A DNA stretch of 44,068 bases from NCBI GenBank assembly GCA_900617105.1, contig UYFQ01000235.1, forward strand, positions 1 to 44,068, in the 5' to 3' direction. Position numbers and translations under genes: made by a program. The notes beneath the pieces were generated by a model. The model made no database searches. It saw nothing but the letters and a program-made list of their open reading frames with translations, and was not told where the DNA came from. Of this stretch, positions 34,449 to 44,068 are shown piece by piece. How positions within the stretch are numbered: position 1 is the stretch's first letter; each line of letters begins with the position of its first letter. The stretch comes from Hydrurus foetidus. Taxonomy: Eukaryota.

Positions 34449-37400
34449 TATTAGGGAGTGATTTGGTACAAATCCCCGGAAATAGTTCGCCAGTCCCAAT
34501 AGGGATCTTAGGGCGTGAAGGTTCCGCGGTTTCTCAAAGTTGAGTACCGATTTAATCTTGACCATGGACATAGACAGTCCATCTTTAGAGATGACTCGCC
34601 CGACATACTCTATTTGGGGCAGCCCAAATTTGCACTTCTTAGCCTTCAGAAGAAGGCCGCGCTCTCGGAAGCGTTGGAATACCTCCTTCAGTCTGGTTAG
34701 GAACTAATCTTCATCCGATGCATATACAATGCAATCGTCCAAGTACATCTCGCAGGAGACGTACAGCAAGCCTTGAAGGATCGTGGTGGCCGTTTGTTCC
34801 TGGAAGTAGGAGGGGGCCCGTTTCGGTCCGAACGGTAACCGTGTAAATTGGTACAGGCCGCAAAAGCACAGGAATGCGGTGAACACTCGGTGCGGTGGGT
34901 ATAGTGGGGCCTGGTGGTATCCCGCAGTCAGGTCCATGACTCCAAACACCGTCGGTTTGTTATGGCCAATTCTTTCGAATAGCCCGCGTATGTTAGGGAG
35001 GGGCCAGCTGGCGGGCTTGATGCAATCGTTTAGGTTCCTGTAGTCGATGCAGACCCGCACTTTATCTTCTGTCTTCTGTACAATCACGGGGTGACTGTAA
35101 TAAGAAGCGTTTGATTTCTCAATGATGCCATCCGCAAGCATCGTTTTGATAGCTTTCTCTATCTCGATGTTGTTCTTGACCGACTGGGGTCGACATGGGG
35201 TCCTGTTCCCTGGGGTCTCCCACAGGGGTTCCTCCACGTTAAACCGGAACGGAGTTAGGTCCGCGGCTCTTTCTACAAGCACATCACTGAAGATGTCTCG
35301 GTATTCCATGACAAGATCTTTTAATCTGTGCACTTGGGTCTTACTACCCGCGAACACAAATTGTTCCAAGAAGGCTTTAGTGTCGTCCTCCACTCTATGA
35401 AGGTCCTTGTTGTTGCTGAAGAAAGCACTGAAGGTGTCGACTTTCTCATTATCAATCTCATCGACGGAGACTATGATACCACTGGGCTTAACGCAGACAG
35501 GGTGGAGAATATCTTCGCTTGTTATAAGTGGTGTGTGCGAAGGGGTGTGATGGAGGTCAACACCCGGACGCGGTGTATCGTCCGTACGTACAGCCAAGGC
35601 AGCAACTACGTTGCCTGGAAGCTGACGACCCTCGTTGCCACGAGCCGGGCGGTTAGCAAGACCGTTGTGGGCTGCACACTTACAATCTGGCGAGCATATA
35701 GTCTGCTGAGTGTCGGTGACGGGTACCAAAGATGCAACGACATGGTCTACGGTAGATGGTGTGGGACCATACTTAGCCTTCATCTTCTCCGCGAGTTTCG
35801 CTCTTTCCTTTGCTGCTTTCTTGCGCTGTGAGGGGTTCAACTTCTCAGGAGTACGTGCTGGCAACGTCTCCGCGTCAGCGACAGCTGGTGTCGAAGCAGT
35901 CACCTTAAAGGTTAGAGGTTTCGCCTTGGCCGTCTTACGGGAGTAGTCCTTAGGGGGCTTATCCGGTTTGTCCGAGACGGGCTTTTTAGCTGCCAAAGGT
36001 GGCGGTTGTGATGCGGACGGTGCTTTGAAACCCAAAGCGGATGGTGTCAAAATGTTAAAATTATTTATCGCTTGGGTAGTCCGACCCACAATTAAATCGA
36101 TTTCTTGGTCAGGGTTAACGTTAACCGTGAAGTACACCGTGTGTATAATATCATCGTGTGATTGAAAGATAATGCCTATGTCTACAACATTGACACTTAG
36201 ATAGCAGGTGCGATCTAGGCCACTGCATACAGTCATGGGAACAGGTGAGGTGTAGATGTATGACAGTGCATTCATTCTGACTAAGCAGTCACTCGAAATG
36301 AAATTCCCCGGAAAGCTTCCCGTGTCCAGCAGCGCATCCCCCTCGACTTGTTTCGAATGTCCCATTACCGCGTCCTGCGTGTCCTTACGCTGTACAGCAA
36401 AGATATTACAAGACAAGTGATCAGTCGGGTTAGTCGAGATGGGCGGTTGCACATCCGAGGGTACAAGGTCCGTACGTACGGGGATGGGTAAGACAACTGA
36501 AAGTGCAGGTAACGCAGTAAGCGGCTGTATGGCAGCAACAATGTCAGATGCAGGCGCGAGTGCATGGACAGAGTCTACAGCAGCTAGAGACTTACTTCCT
36601 TTGTTGGATCTTGGTTGGGAACTGCTCCTTGGCTGGGAGCTGCCCCTGGCCCTGTTGTGGCGTGATCCCTGTCCGCCTCCCTTCTTGTTGTCGTACTTAC
36701 GACTGTCTCGGCGGTCATCGTCTCTGTCACGACTGCGTTCACGGTTGGAAGAACGGCCACGGTCTGCGCGTCGCTCGCGTGCTTTGCGTTCGTTCAGATC
36801 GCGGTCATCTCTCTCCCGCTCCTGCAGCGTGCGTCGGTCTCGTGCGGGACGGTCGTCCTCAGACTCGCTGTTGTAACGGACGCGTTTGGATGTATCCGCA
36901 TCCTCTGAGGACTCCTCCGCGCGTTTCTTCCGACGAAGTTCCCATCCTGGTAGATACAGGTGCTCTACGAAGGTGTCATGACCCTCAGCCATCCATGCCT
37001 TTCCCATCGTAGACTCACTCCATAGCACGTGGTACTGGTTGTTCGTGTCATGAAGGCCCTTGAAGGGGCAGTCCGCAACCCGGTGTGTTGTGAAACCGCA
37101 GCACTGGCATTCAGTCGGATCCGTGTTGTACGCTCGGCGCTCGCTCCTTTGTTGCACTAGGTCCGACGTCGAACGAGTGGAGGCTGACGCAGCAGAGTTG
37201 CTGGGACCAGACCATCCCACCGCTGATGCCGTAGACTTGACGCTAGTGGGTGGGAAGGTGTGGACGATAGAGGTATCGCCGTACTGAGCCACCTTGAATA
37301 ACGCCTGGCGTGCGACTGCGAGTGTCTTGCAGAACCTGTAGACACATGTCAACCAGGTGTCTTCAGTCTGAGGGTTGTTGGGGTTCGACACGAACGCGAC

Positions 37401-37631
37401 CATCCTCTCGACTTTGTCTGCCTTCTTCATGTCGAAGTAGTCGTGGCGGATCTGGGACTCTTCCGCCGCGACACGCTTCTCGAAGATCTTGATGAGGTCT
37501 CTCTGTTGTTCCTCAGTGATCTCCCCCACCGTACGGGTGTACCCCTTGATGACCTCCTTGTAATCCGCCATCATCAGTATCTCATGATCTTCATTATCAA
37601 TGCAGTACTGGAACTTGACTTTGGAGAACAC
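34449..37631 (-). pseudogene. Gypsy C gag-protease-RT (5' start further upstream, frameshifted)
   Basis: ORF 34704-37631: CQCCGFTTHRVADC knuckle, LLDTGS protease, RVCIDYR, DLTAGYHQ, LPFG, YLDD; RT continues in another frame to the Copia E insertion. Confidence 0.92.
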
Positions 37632-38467
37632 CTCGGCCAGGGTCTTCTTCTCATCGTGTCGCTTGCCAAAGTACTGGCTGACAAGACGGGCGATTTGGAG
37701 GTGCGACAGTCTTGTCCTCCACAGGGAAACCTCCGACTTTCTGAAGAGCTGCTAAGCAGGCTGCTTCTGACCGGAGCGCTTTTAATTGAATTCCTCTAAG
37801 TTTCCTCCCTCTTGAAAAAAAAATTGCAAGAGGTTTGCCTCGTGCCGTATCGGTTGGACAGGTGTCTGATCGATGGGGGTTAGCAAAAGAAGCAGGTGAA
37901 AAATATAAGTCAAAGGTCTTCGACTATAGGCACTTGAGATCCGGACTTCGGCTCACCAAACAGGTTCCTGTTGGCGGATCCAAAGGAGCAGGTGTTGCTG
38001 CTTTGATTCTTGAACAGACTGGAAGTCCTGTTGATGATTGCCCGCCAAGTCTTTTGCAATTCAGATAGGGGATACCTATGTTGCTTCAAACAGGTATTGA
38101 CTTCTGTTCTTCAGCTGGCGTCGAAACGGCTTAGAGCTGGCAACCGATGTGGCAATCGGGAATCCGTGAAGATCTTAAAGTCCTCCTTTGAAAATCTTGA
38201 AAGCTCTTGAGATTCTTGAGCTTGAGAGTCTTGATCGGCTGTTGAAATTAGGGGATACCTATGTTTCACCGATGTCGCCAAGTGATGCGAAACGTGTCGT
38301 TTGATTGACAACGTTTGCTCCAATCCTGAGTTCTCCAACCAAATGCTTTGGAAGGACTTCTGAAAACTCGGTGGACCGCGTGGACAGAAGTCTAGCTAAA
38401 TAGATGGATTGGTAGTAGGGGGCCAGGTAGTAGAACTCAGAAGGCAAAGCGGAACGAGTAGATCTAC

Positions 38468-38685
38468 TGAAGTCCAAATGAAGCTGGGAAGGTGCAGAAA
38501 GGTAGTTTAGGCTTACAACGAGAAGAGGGTGGGTGAGCTTGCAGAGGTGTAAAACTCTGCATGCAAAGCGTTGCAAGGTAGACTAACAAGCTGCGAGATG
38601 TCAGAAGGACTCTCAGCCACATGTACAGACGGCTATACGGTACTACGTAGGGTAGGAATGTGGTACTAAATCCTGTACCATCACA
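38468..38685 (-). repeat. 5' LTR of Gypsy C
   Basis: Direct repeat of 24172-24389. Confidence 0.95.
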
Positions 38686-38689
38686 ACGC

Positions 38690-39362
38690 GGGCCTGGTGA
38701 CGGCGTTGAAGAACTTGCAAATGGTGATGCAAGTCTGTTTCTCGGACGTCTTCGGGAAAGCGTTGGAGTCATTCGTTGACAAGCTGGAGGGTGCTACTAG
38801 GCCCATGGAGCTCGTAGCCTCAGATTTTCTGTAACATTCCGTCCAGTTCAACATCAGACGATTCTTTCGTGAAGTCTCAACCGTGAAAGGGACTGATCTG
38901 CAGGCTGGCCAGTCGTTTAAAACTCCAGAGCTCTGTGCAGCCTACCTCACAACTCTCTTCTATAAGCTGGCGGAGGAGCTCTCGAATCATCCCATGATGG
39001 TGATGAGAGAGGCGCATTTTCGGCTACGGGCTATACGTCCTCTGGTGTCGTTTTCCTCGGAGAAGACGCCTGCGAAGAAGGAGGCAGCTTTAGTTAGAGT
39101 GGAGAAACCGGCGGCATCGGTAGTTACCCCTTCCGACGACAAGAAGGAGGTTAACGTGAGGCCTTGCGTCGGACATTTGGGACACTTACGGGGTGCGGTA
39201 AATAAGGATGGCCGACCATATACGTGCAAATTCGGAAAGGACTGTGCATTCCGGCACCTTACGATAGAGGATAAATCGAAGCAAAGGTTGCTCGACATCG
39301 TCGGCTCATTGACCGCGATTCCTCGAGCGGATCTGACGCGGGCTGTCGTTAAACGCTCCTGA
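38690..39362 (+). pseudogene. YR-element copy 2 ORF1, 3' part
   Basis: Resumes exactly after the TSD; homologous to copy 1 up to ...VVKRS*; one in-frame TAA near 38832. Confidence 0.88.
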
Positions 39363-39393
39363 CGTCCGGAAGCGGTGTCGCCTGCCAACACAG

Positions 39394-39825
39394 GTTCGTA
39401 CCAACTGATATAAGAGCATTGCTCGGGTCGATCCTCTAATCGGCAGCCTGTTGCGTACTCATCTGTTTGCGTGTTGACGATGAGTTTGCGTGATAGTGCT
39501 GTGTCATCGGCCCTTCCCGAATACTATGGGGGCCGCTGCCGAGAAGTAGACAGTGGCACTGGTTGTTGCCTGTCTTGTGTTTAACACTGACGCATGCGGT
39601 CGCGTATGAACGATCAGCGATAACGGGGTTCCAGGGGTGTCTGGACCCTCCGCATGCGGTATGAATGAATGATGCATATCGTCGCATGATACCCGTGTTC
39701 TGGGCTGTGTTTATCATGCGACCGTATCATCGGGCATTACGCTAATGCACTTGAGTGCCATGCGATGCCTGCAGTTTGATCCATAGCGTATGGAGACTCA
39801 CCTCCGATCTCATTGTTATTTGCAG
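39394..39825 (+). other. Predicted spliceosomal intron (432 nt), homologous to 16913-17337
   Basis: ACAG|GTTCGT donor, CTCAC motif, T-rich tract, TGCAG| acceptor, phase 1. Confidence 0.62.
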
Positions 39826-41226
39826 TTGTGGAGTGCACGAGGCATGTTAAGGCACTGAGTCCGACCCAGCGATAGTCTGGACCGGGGGTCACGTGCAGTT
39901 CGGTGGGAAGAGGTGGAGTCGATCCGGGCGAAGCGGAGCCCATGATAGGCTCGTGGATAGAAGCGTGCTTCCCAGGAAGCGCACCCACGAGCAAGACTGG
40001 GATACAGGAGTTGATAGCGGAGGCTGCAGAAGCCGCACGTAACGACTTCGGAGCGGACGCAGCCAATGAGTGCGCCGACGGATATACTTTCCCACCAGAG
40101 CTCCTAGCCAGCAACATCCGCTGCCTTAGGGCGGCCCAGCTCGACTTCAGGAGTATGGTGGAGCGGCGGTTGAAGATCCTGTCAAAGGACCGCTTGAGTC
40201 GGAAGAGCGTGACCTCTCTTAGCCCCGACAATCCGGAGATAGCGTTAATGGAAGATCTAGTTGACGGAATGAGGGTCGCCATACCTGAAGGTTTCGTCCC
40301 CAACGGTCATCAGCCCCGGTCGCCGCTGCGCGCTTCGTACGAGACGGTGTCGACCGCCGTAAAGAAGATGCTAGGCGCCGTGATAGAGCAACGCTTAGCG
40401 TTCATATTGCCATTGAATTTGGCCCAAGCCCATGTCCCTAACCTCCACTTGTGCAAAGCGCACTGGACGACAAAGAAAGGGAAGGCGTCAGGACACCCTT
40501 TGGGGGATCTAAGTAATGTGGACGGGACACCGCTCAACACGGACGCCACAGCCGAAGCCGCCACCGCATACTATGGACCCATTACACACCCAACCATAGA
40601 AGACATAGCCATGATGGTGGACCGATTCTGGAGGGATGCCTCTGCACGCGACCCCTCGCTTAGGCATGAAGACCTTCGGCTATGGAAGATGGATCTTAAG
40701 GGGGCGTATACCCTCCTATCGTTCCGACCCCAGTACGTCGGACTGTTCGGAATGTTGCTTACCGACGATCTTGTTTATCTCCAACTCGCCGGCATCTTCG
40801 GCTGGTCAGGCACTCCTGCAGCCTTCCAAGTGGTAAGGCGAGCGATCGCCTGGGAGCTCCGATCAAGACTCCATAGCCGCACCGTTATGTATGTGGATGA
40901 CATAATCGGTATCGGTTTCAAGACAGATATTGCTGCCGATCTTGCCTTGACACGGAGCATATGCACTAAGCTGCTTGGACCCGGCGCCGTCGTAGACGAA
41001 AAGACGGAAGTAAGCCGGCGCTTAGATGTCATAGGCTATGTCATTGATTTAGATACCGGTCGAGTGCTGATAAGTAAGAAGAATTTCTTAACAGCACTTA
41101 ACGGTTTTCTGAATGCGGACACAACGGAGCGGATTAACATGAGGACCGCGCAGCGTCTCGCATCGTGGAGCACGCGTTACGGCAAGATATGCCGGGTGAT
41201 TCGACCGTTTTGCAGCGCTCTATACC
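39826..41226 (+). pseudogene. YR-element copy 2 RT, truncated by Copia F
   Basis: ORF 39903-41327 with KMDLKGAY, GIFGW, YVDD; homology to copy 1 stops at PFCSALY; in-frame TAG at 39873-39875. Confidence 0.92.
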
Positions 41227-42139
41227 TGTCAGACCACTTGATTCTATCAAGATATGTCTGTAGTAATATAGTTGCAAATATAGTTTCAAATATATACATG
41301 TACGTTATGCGACACGTACGTACGTAAGTACACATGCAGATATGATGACATGCACACGTACACACGTACTTACACATGTTAGTGCATACTCATTTATGCA
41401 TACGTACACACATGTACTTACACATGTACGTACATAGTCAATATGTACGTACGTACGTACGCACGCATATAGCATAGCGTACACTTGTATGGTCACGCAC
41501 ACACGTACATACGTACGTGCACATGCTAGTACAAATTATTATATGCATACGTACACACACGTACTTACACATGTATGTACATATATAATATGTACGTATG
41601 TACGATCGCCAATAGCGTAGTACATAGATGTATAGGCGTACATACGTAAGTACCACTGTACTTACGCATGTACGTTCTTACACATACACATGCATACGTA
41701 CTCCTATAATATCGCCATATAGCAGTTAGTACTCACGCATGTACGTTCATATACATATACACGCATACGTACCCCTGTACTATCGCCATGTATCAGTTAG
41801 TACGAACCCTCTGACCTCACGCAAATGAACGTTCGCCTTTCATGATTCTTCAGTATCGCCAAAACACTTCGTTACTATAAGCATTCATGCAACGTTCCTC
41901 AAGCACATGCTATGAACAACACATCTCGCTGTGAACTTTGTCTCAAGGTAGTTTCACTGTCATGAACTGTTCTGATAGCTCTTTTGCGTGGCTATCTGTA
42001 AACTCTAATCAGAATTTAATACGTTGTACTTCACAGCTTCGTCTACTCGATAGCTCACTGAATTGAGACAGTAGCCTGCAGCTGCTTCTCCACCTTCGCT
42101 GCGAACGCTAGAAGGTGACATCTTGTATTTAGTCTTACA
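41227..42139 (+). repeat. 5' LTR of Copia F (913 bp) with a ~500-bp low-complexity TACGTAC/ACACATG tract (~41295-41800)
   Basis: Bounded by the break in the host RT and by PBS TGGTAGCGATTG at 42140-42151; partner LTR not in the window. Confidence 0.78.
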
Positions 42140-42226
42140 TGGTAGCGATTGTTTATAGTGATTAAACGATTGCCGTGGATTCCAGGATTCTGAATTTCCT
42201 TCCTCAACTTTCAGAACCCTGCAATC

Positions 42227-44068
42227 ATGAGTGATAATGGATCTGAAGACGAGTTCGAGCTGTCCAACACAGACTCTCCGCCGGCTCTTGCCGACCTCCT
42301 TCAACATCCGTTCAGAACTCTGATCGAAGCAGCTCAACCCATCTTCACTGGTCGAGTTACAAGATCTAGGACAGGAGCAATTCCTCCTTTAGAAAATCCA
42401 AATAGTGATTTTCTAGACGAGGTGGAATTAGCCCTTCAAAATCAGGAGGTTGTTCCGACACCACCTTTAGCACCTCGGGCGCGGAATCTCGGAGCCACAG
42501 CGCCAACTTTATTTTCGGACAATTTGGAGGCTCAGGATGCAGAGACAAGATTTTCCTTCGCCGATGTGGCAAGGCTCATCGACATAATGTCTTCTAAGAT
42601 CCAACAGCCTCCACCGTTGGTCTCCCAACCGAAATCAACAGTTGGATCTGCTTCTATTCCAACTGCTTCAACGCCCAAGGCTTCTTCTATCTTATCGGTG
42701 CCCATATCGGAATACCTGGATACCACCTCTGCGCAATCGAAATTCTTCTTTTCGATGCCCAAGTTTTCCAACTCTGGGAAGGACAACCGCGACAACATGG
42801 AAACGTTCATGGTCGCTCTAGGTGAATGTAAACTTCTTACATTAGCCAAAGGCGATCGTGAGTTACCAGTCATTACTGCTCGGAACCCTGGAGGGTATTC
42901 ACCTAGGTCACTGGTATTAGCAGAAGAAGGATTGTATGATGCCATCCCAGCTGATGACATCTACAAAAGATTACACGATTTGGATCGCTTATTGGTTATT
43001 CTCAATATGGTTACTGGGAAGATTTACATTACTCAATCTAGCGTGTATTTGCCGACAACGATGCGGTCTTATGGTTCAAGACTATCTACGATCACATCAA
43101 CGGCACAAAGAACAGCGACATCAGGAAGGCAACGGATCAGCTCCACTCCCTGAAGCTCAAGTCCACACAAACCATTCAGGAGAATGTGGCAACCATCGAA
43201 GAGGCCTTCAGAGTCCTCAAAGTCGCAAGTGGCGTGCCCGTCACTGATGATCAAAAGCTTTATCATCTACAAGAAAAGCTGGAGCATGATGCAAGATTCA
43301 GCGTCTTATCAATCATGGCCTCATCAAAGACGTCAAAGGCATCCTACGACGACACCATCAAATACCTTGTGCTTCTTGATCCTGCCCCAGCGGTAGCTCA
43401 CAAGATGGCTTCCCTTACTCCAACCTTGGAGCTGTGCAGACGTCACATCGCTGGCCTATGTACCAACGGTTCCTCATGCAAGTATTCACATGCAGCAGCG
43501 CCGCCAAACAAGGGAGCACCATCTGACAAGAAGCCCAACAAGAACCCACCTCCTCTCAAGAAAGATCAGAAGACTCCACCGAAGTTTCCTTTCAAGAAAC
43601 CAATCATCGTGTCAGATTCCCATCGGTCACTTGTTGGATATCCCAAAGGAGTTGCAACGGCAAAGAATCCAGCTGGATATTCACTGAACCAACTTACAAC
43701 CATCAGGACTTTGCAATCTGCTGATGTTGACGGCTGGACATCAGGAGATCCTCAGTATTTCAATGGCGATGGGTCGAGCAACCATATCGATCGATTCAAT
43801 GTTCTTCGCTTCAAGGAACAATCAACGACATCCATTGCAGAGTTCCCAGAGTTCTACCACCTTGAGCCCTTTCCAAGGCTTCGTGAGATCAGACGTCACC
43901 TGTTCACAATGCTCAACTCGGTCGAGAAGTATAACAGATTCGCCGGTTCATCTCCCAGCGACTACGATGGATCTCCTACTGATCCTCTCTCCGGGATTGT
44001 TGTCAGCTTCCAAGACCTGACAGCAGCTGAACCAAGGATGGTACACATCTTGGTTGCATTGCATGGCT
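42227..44068 (+). pseudogene. gag: Copia F gag (frameshift near 43017 and a stop), CCCH finger at 43435-43491
   Basis: ORF 42227-43153, then a shifted frame reading ...DAVLWFKTIYDHINGT...CRRHIAGLCTNGSSCKYSH. Confidence 0.75.

Larger units (their letters stand above)
24172..38685 (-). mobile_element. Ty3/Gypsy retrotransposon C (chromovirus-like), full length, interrupted by Copia E
   Basis: 218-bp LTRs at 24172-24389 and 38468-38685, 4-bp TSD ACGC (24168-24171 / 38686-38689), PPT adjoining 24390. Confidence 0.95.
22882..41226 (+). mobile_element. YR retrotransposon copy 2 (diverged), present as 22882-24171 and 38690-41226; the rest is displaced by Copia F
   Basis: Colinear homology with copy 1: A repeat, gag-like ORF, intergenic region, RT. 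Confidence 0.92.
41227..44068 (+). mobile_element. Ty1/Copia retrotransposon F (relative of E), 5' part; continues beyond the window
   Basis: TGTCAG start like Copia E, CA end at 42139, identical PBS, gag similar to Copia E gag (..NPGGYS..PADD, CCCH finger). Confidence 0.82.

Overview
The window is eukaryotic DNA made almost entirely of nested transposable elements, and I see no host gene. The left nest starts with two divergent chromodomain-integrase Ty3/Gypsy elements (A, B) in tandem that share a 217-bp LTR. They sit 34 bp upstream of the 3' LTR of a further Gypsy (D), which interrupts the RT of a minus-strand Ty1/Copia (G). Copia G in turn sits in the left terminal repeat of a near-complete tyrosine-recombinase retrotransposon with split direct repeats (A1-gag-RT/RH-YR-B1-A2-B2; Ngaro/PAT-type, 14960-22084). 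A piggyBac-like MITE follows, then a second, diverged copy of the YR element. That copy is interrupted by Gypsy C (4-bp TSD, itself split by full-length Copia E with a 5-bp TSD) and by Copia F. Four signals stand out. (1) In both YR-element copies, gag and RT fall into one reading frame if the gag UGA-C stop is read through and a ~430-nt GT-AG intron carrying a conserved, highly structured RNA is spliced out. (2) Gypsy B and C carry different perfect 10-nt palindromes where a tRNA primer-binding site should be. (3) A covarying three-way-junction RNA follows pol in all three Gypsy pols. (4) Two Copia Gags carry a CCCH finger instead of a CCHC knuckle. All alignments and folds were done by eye and need computational confirmation.
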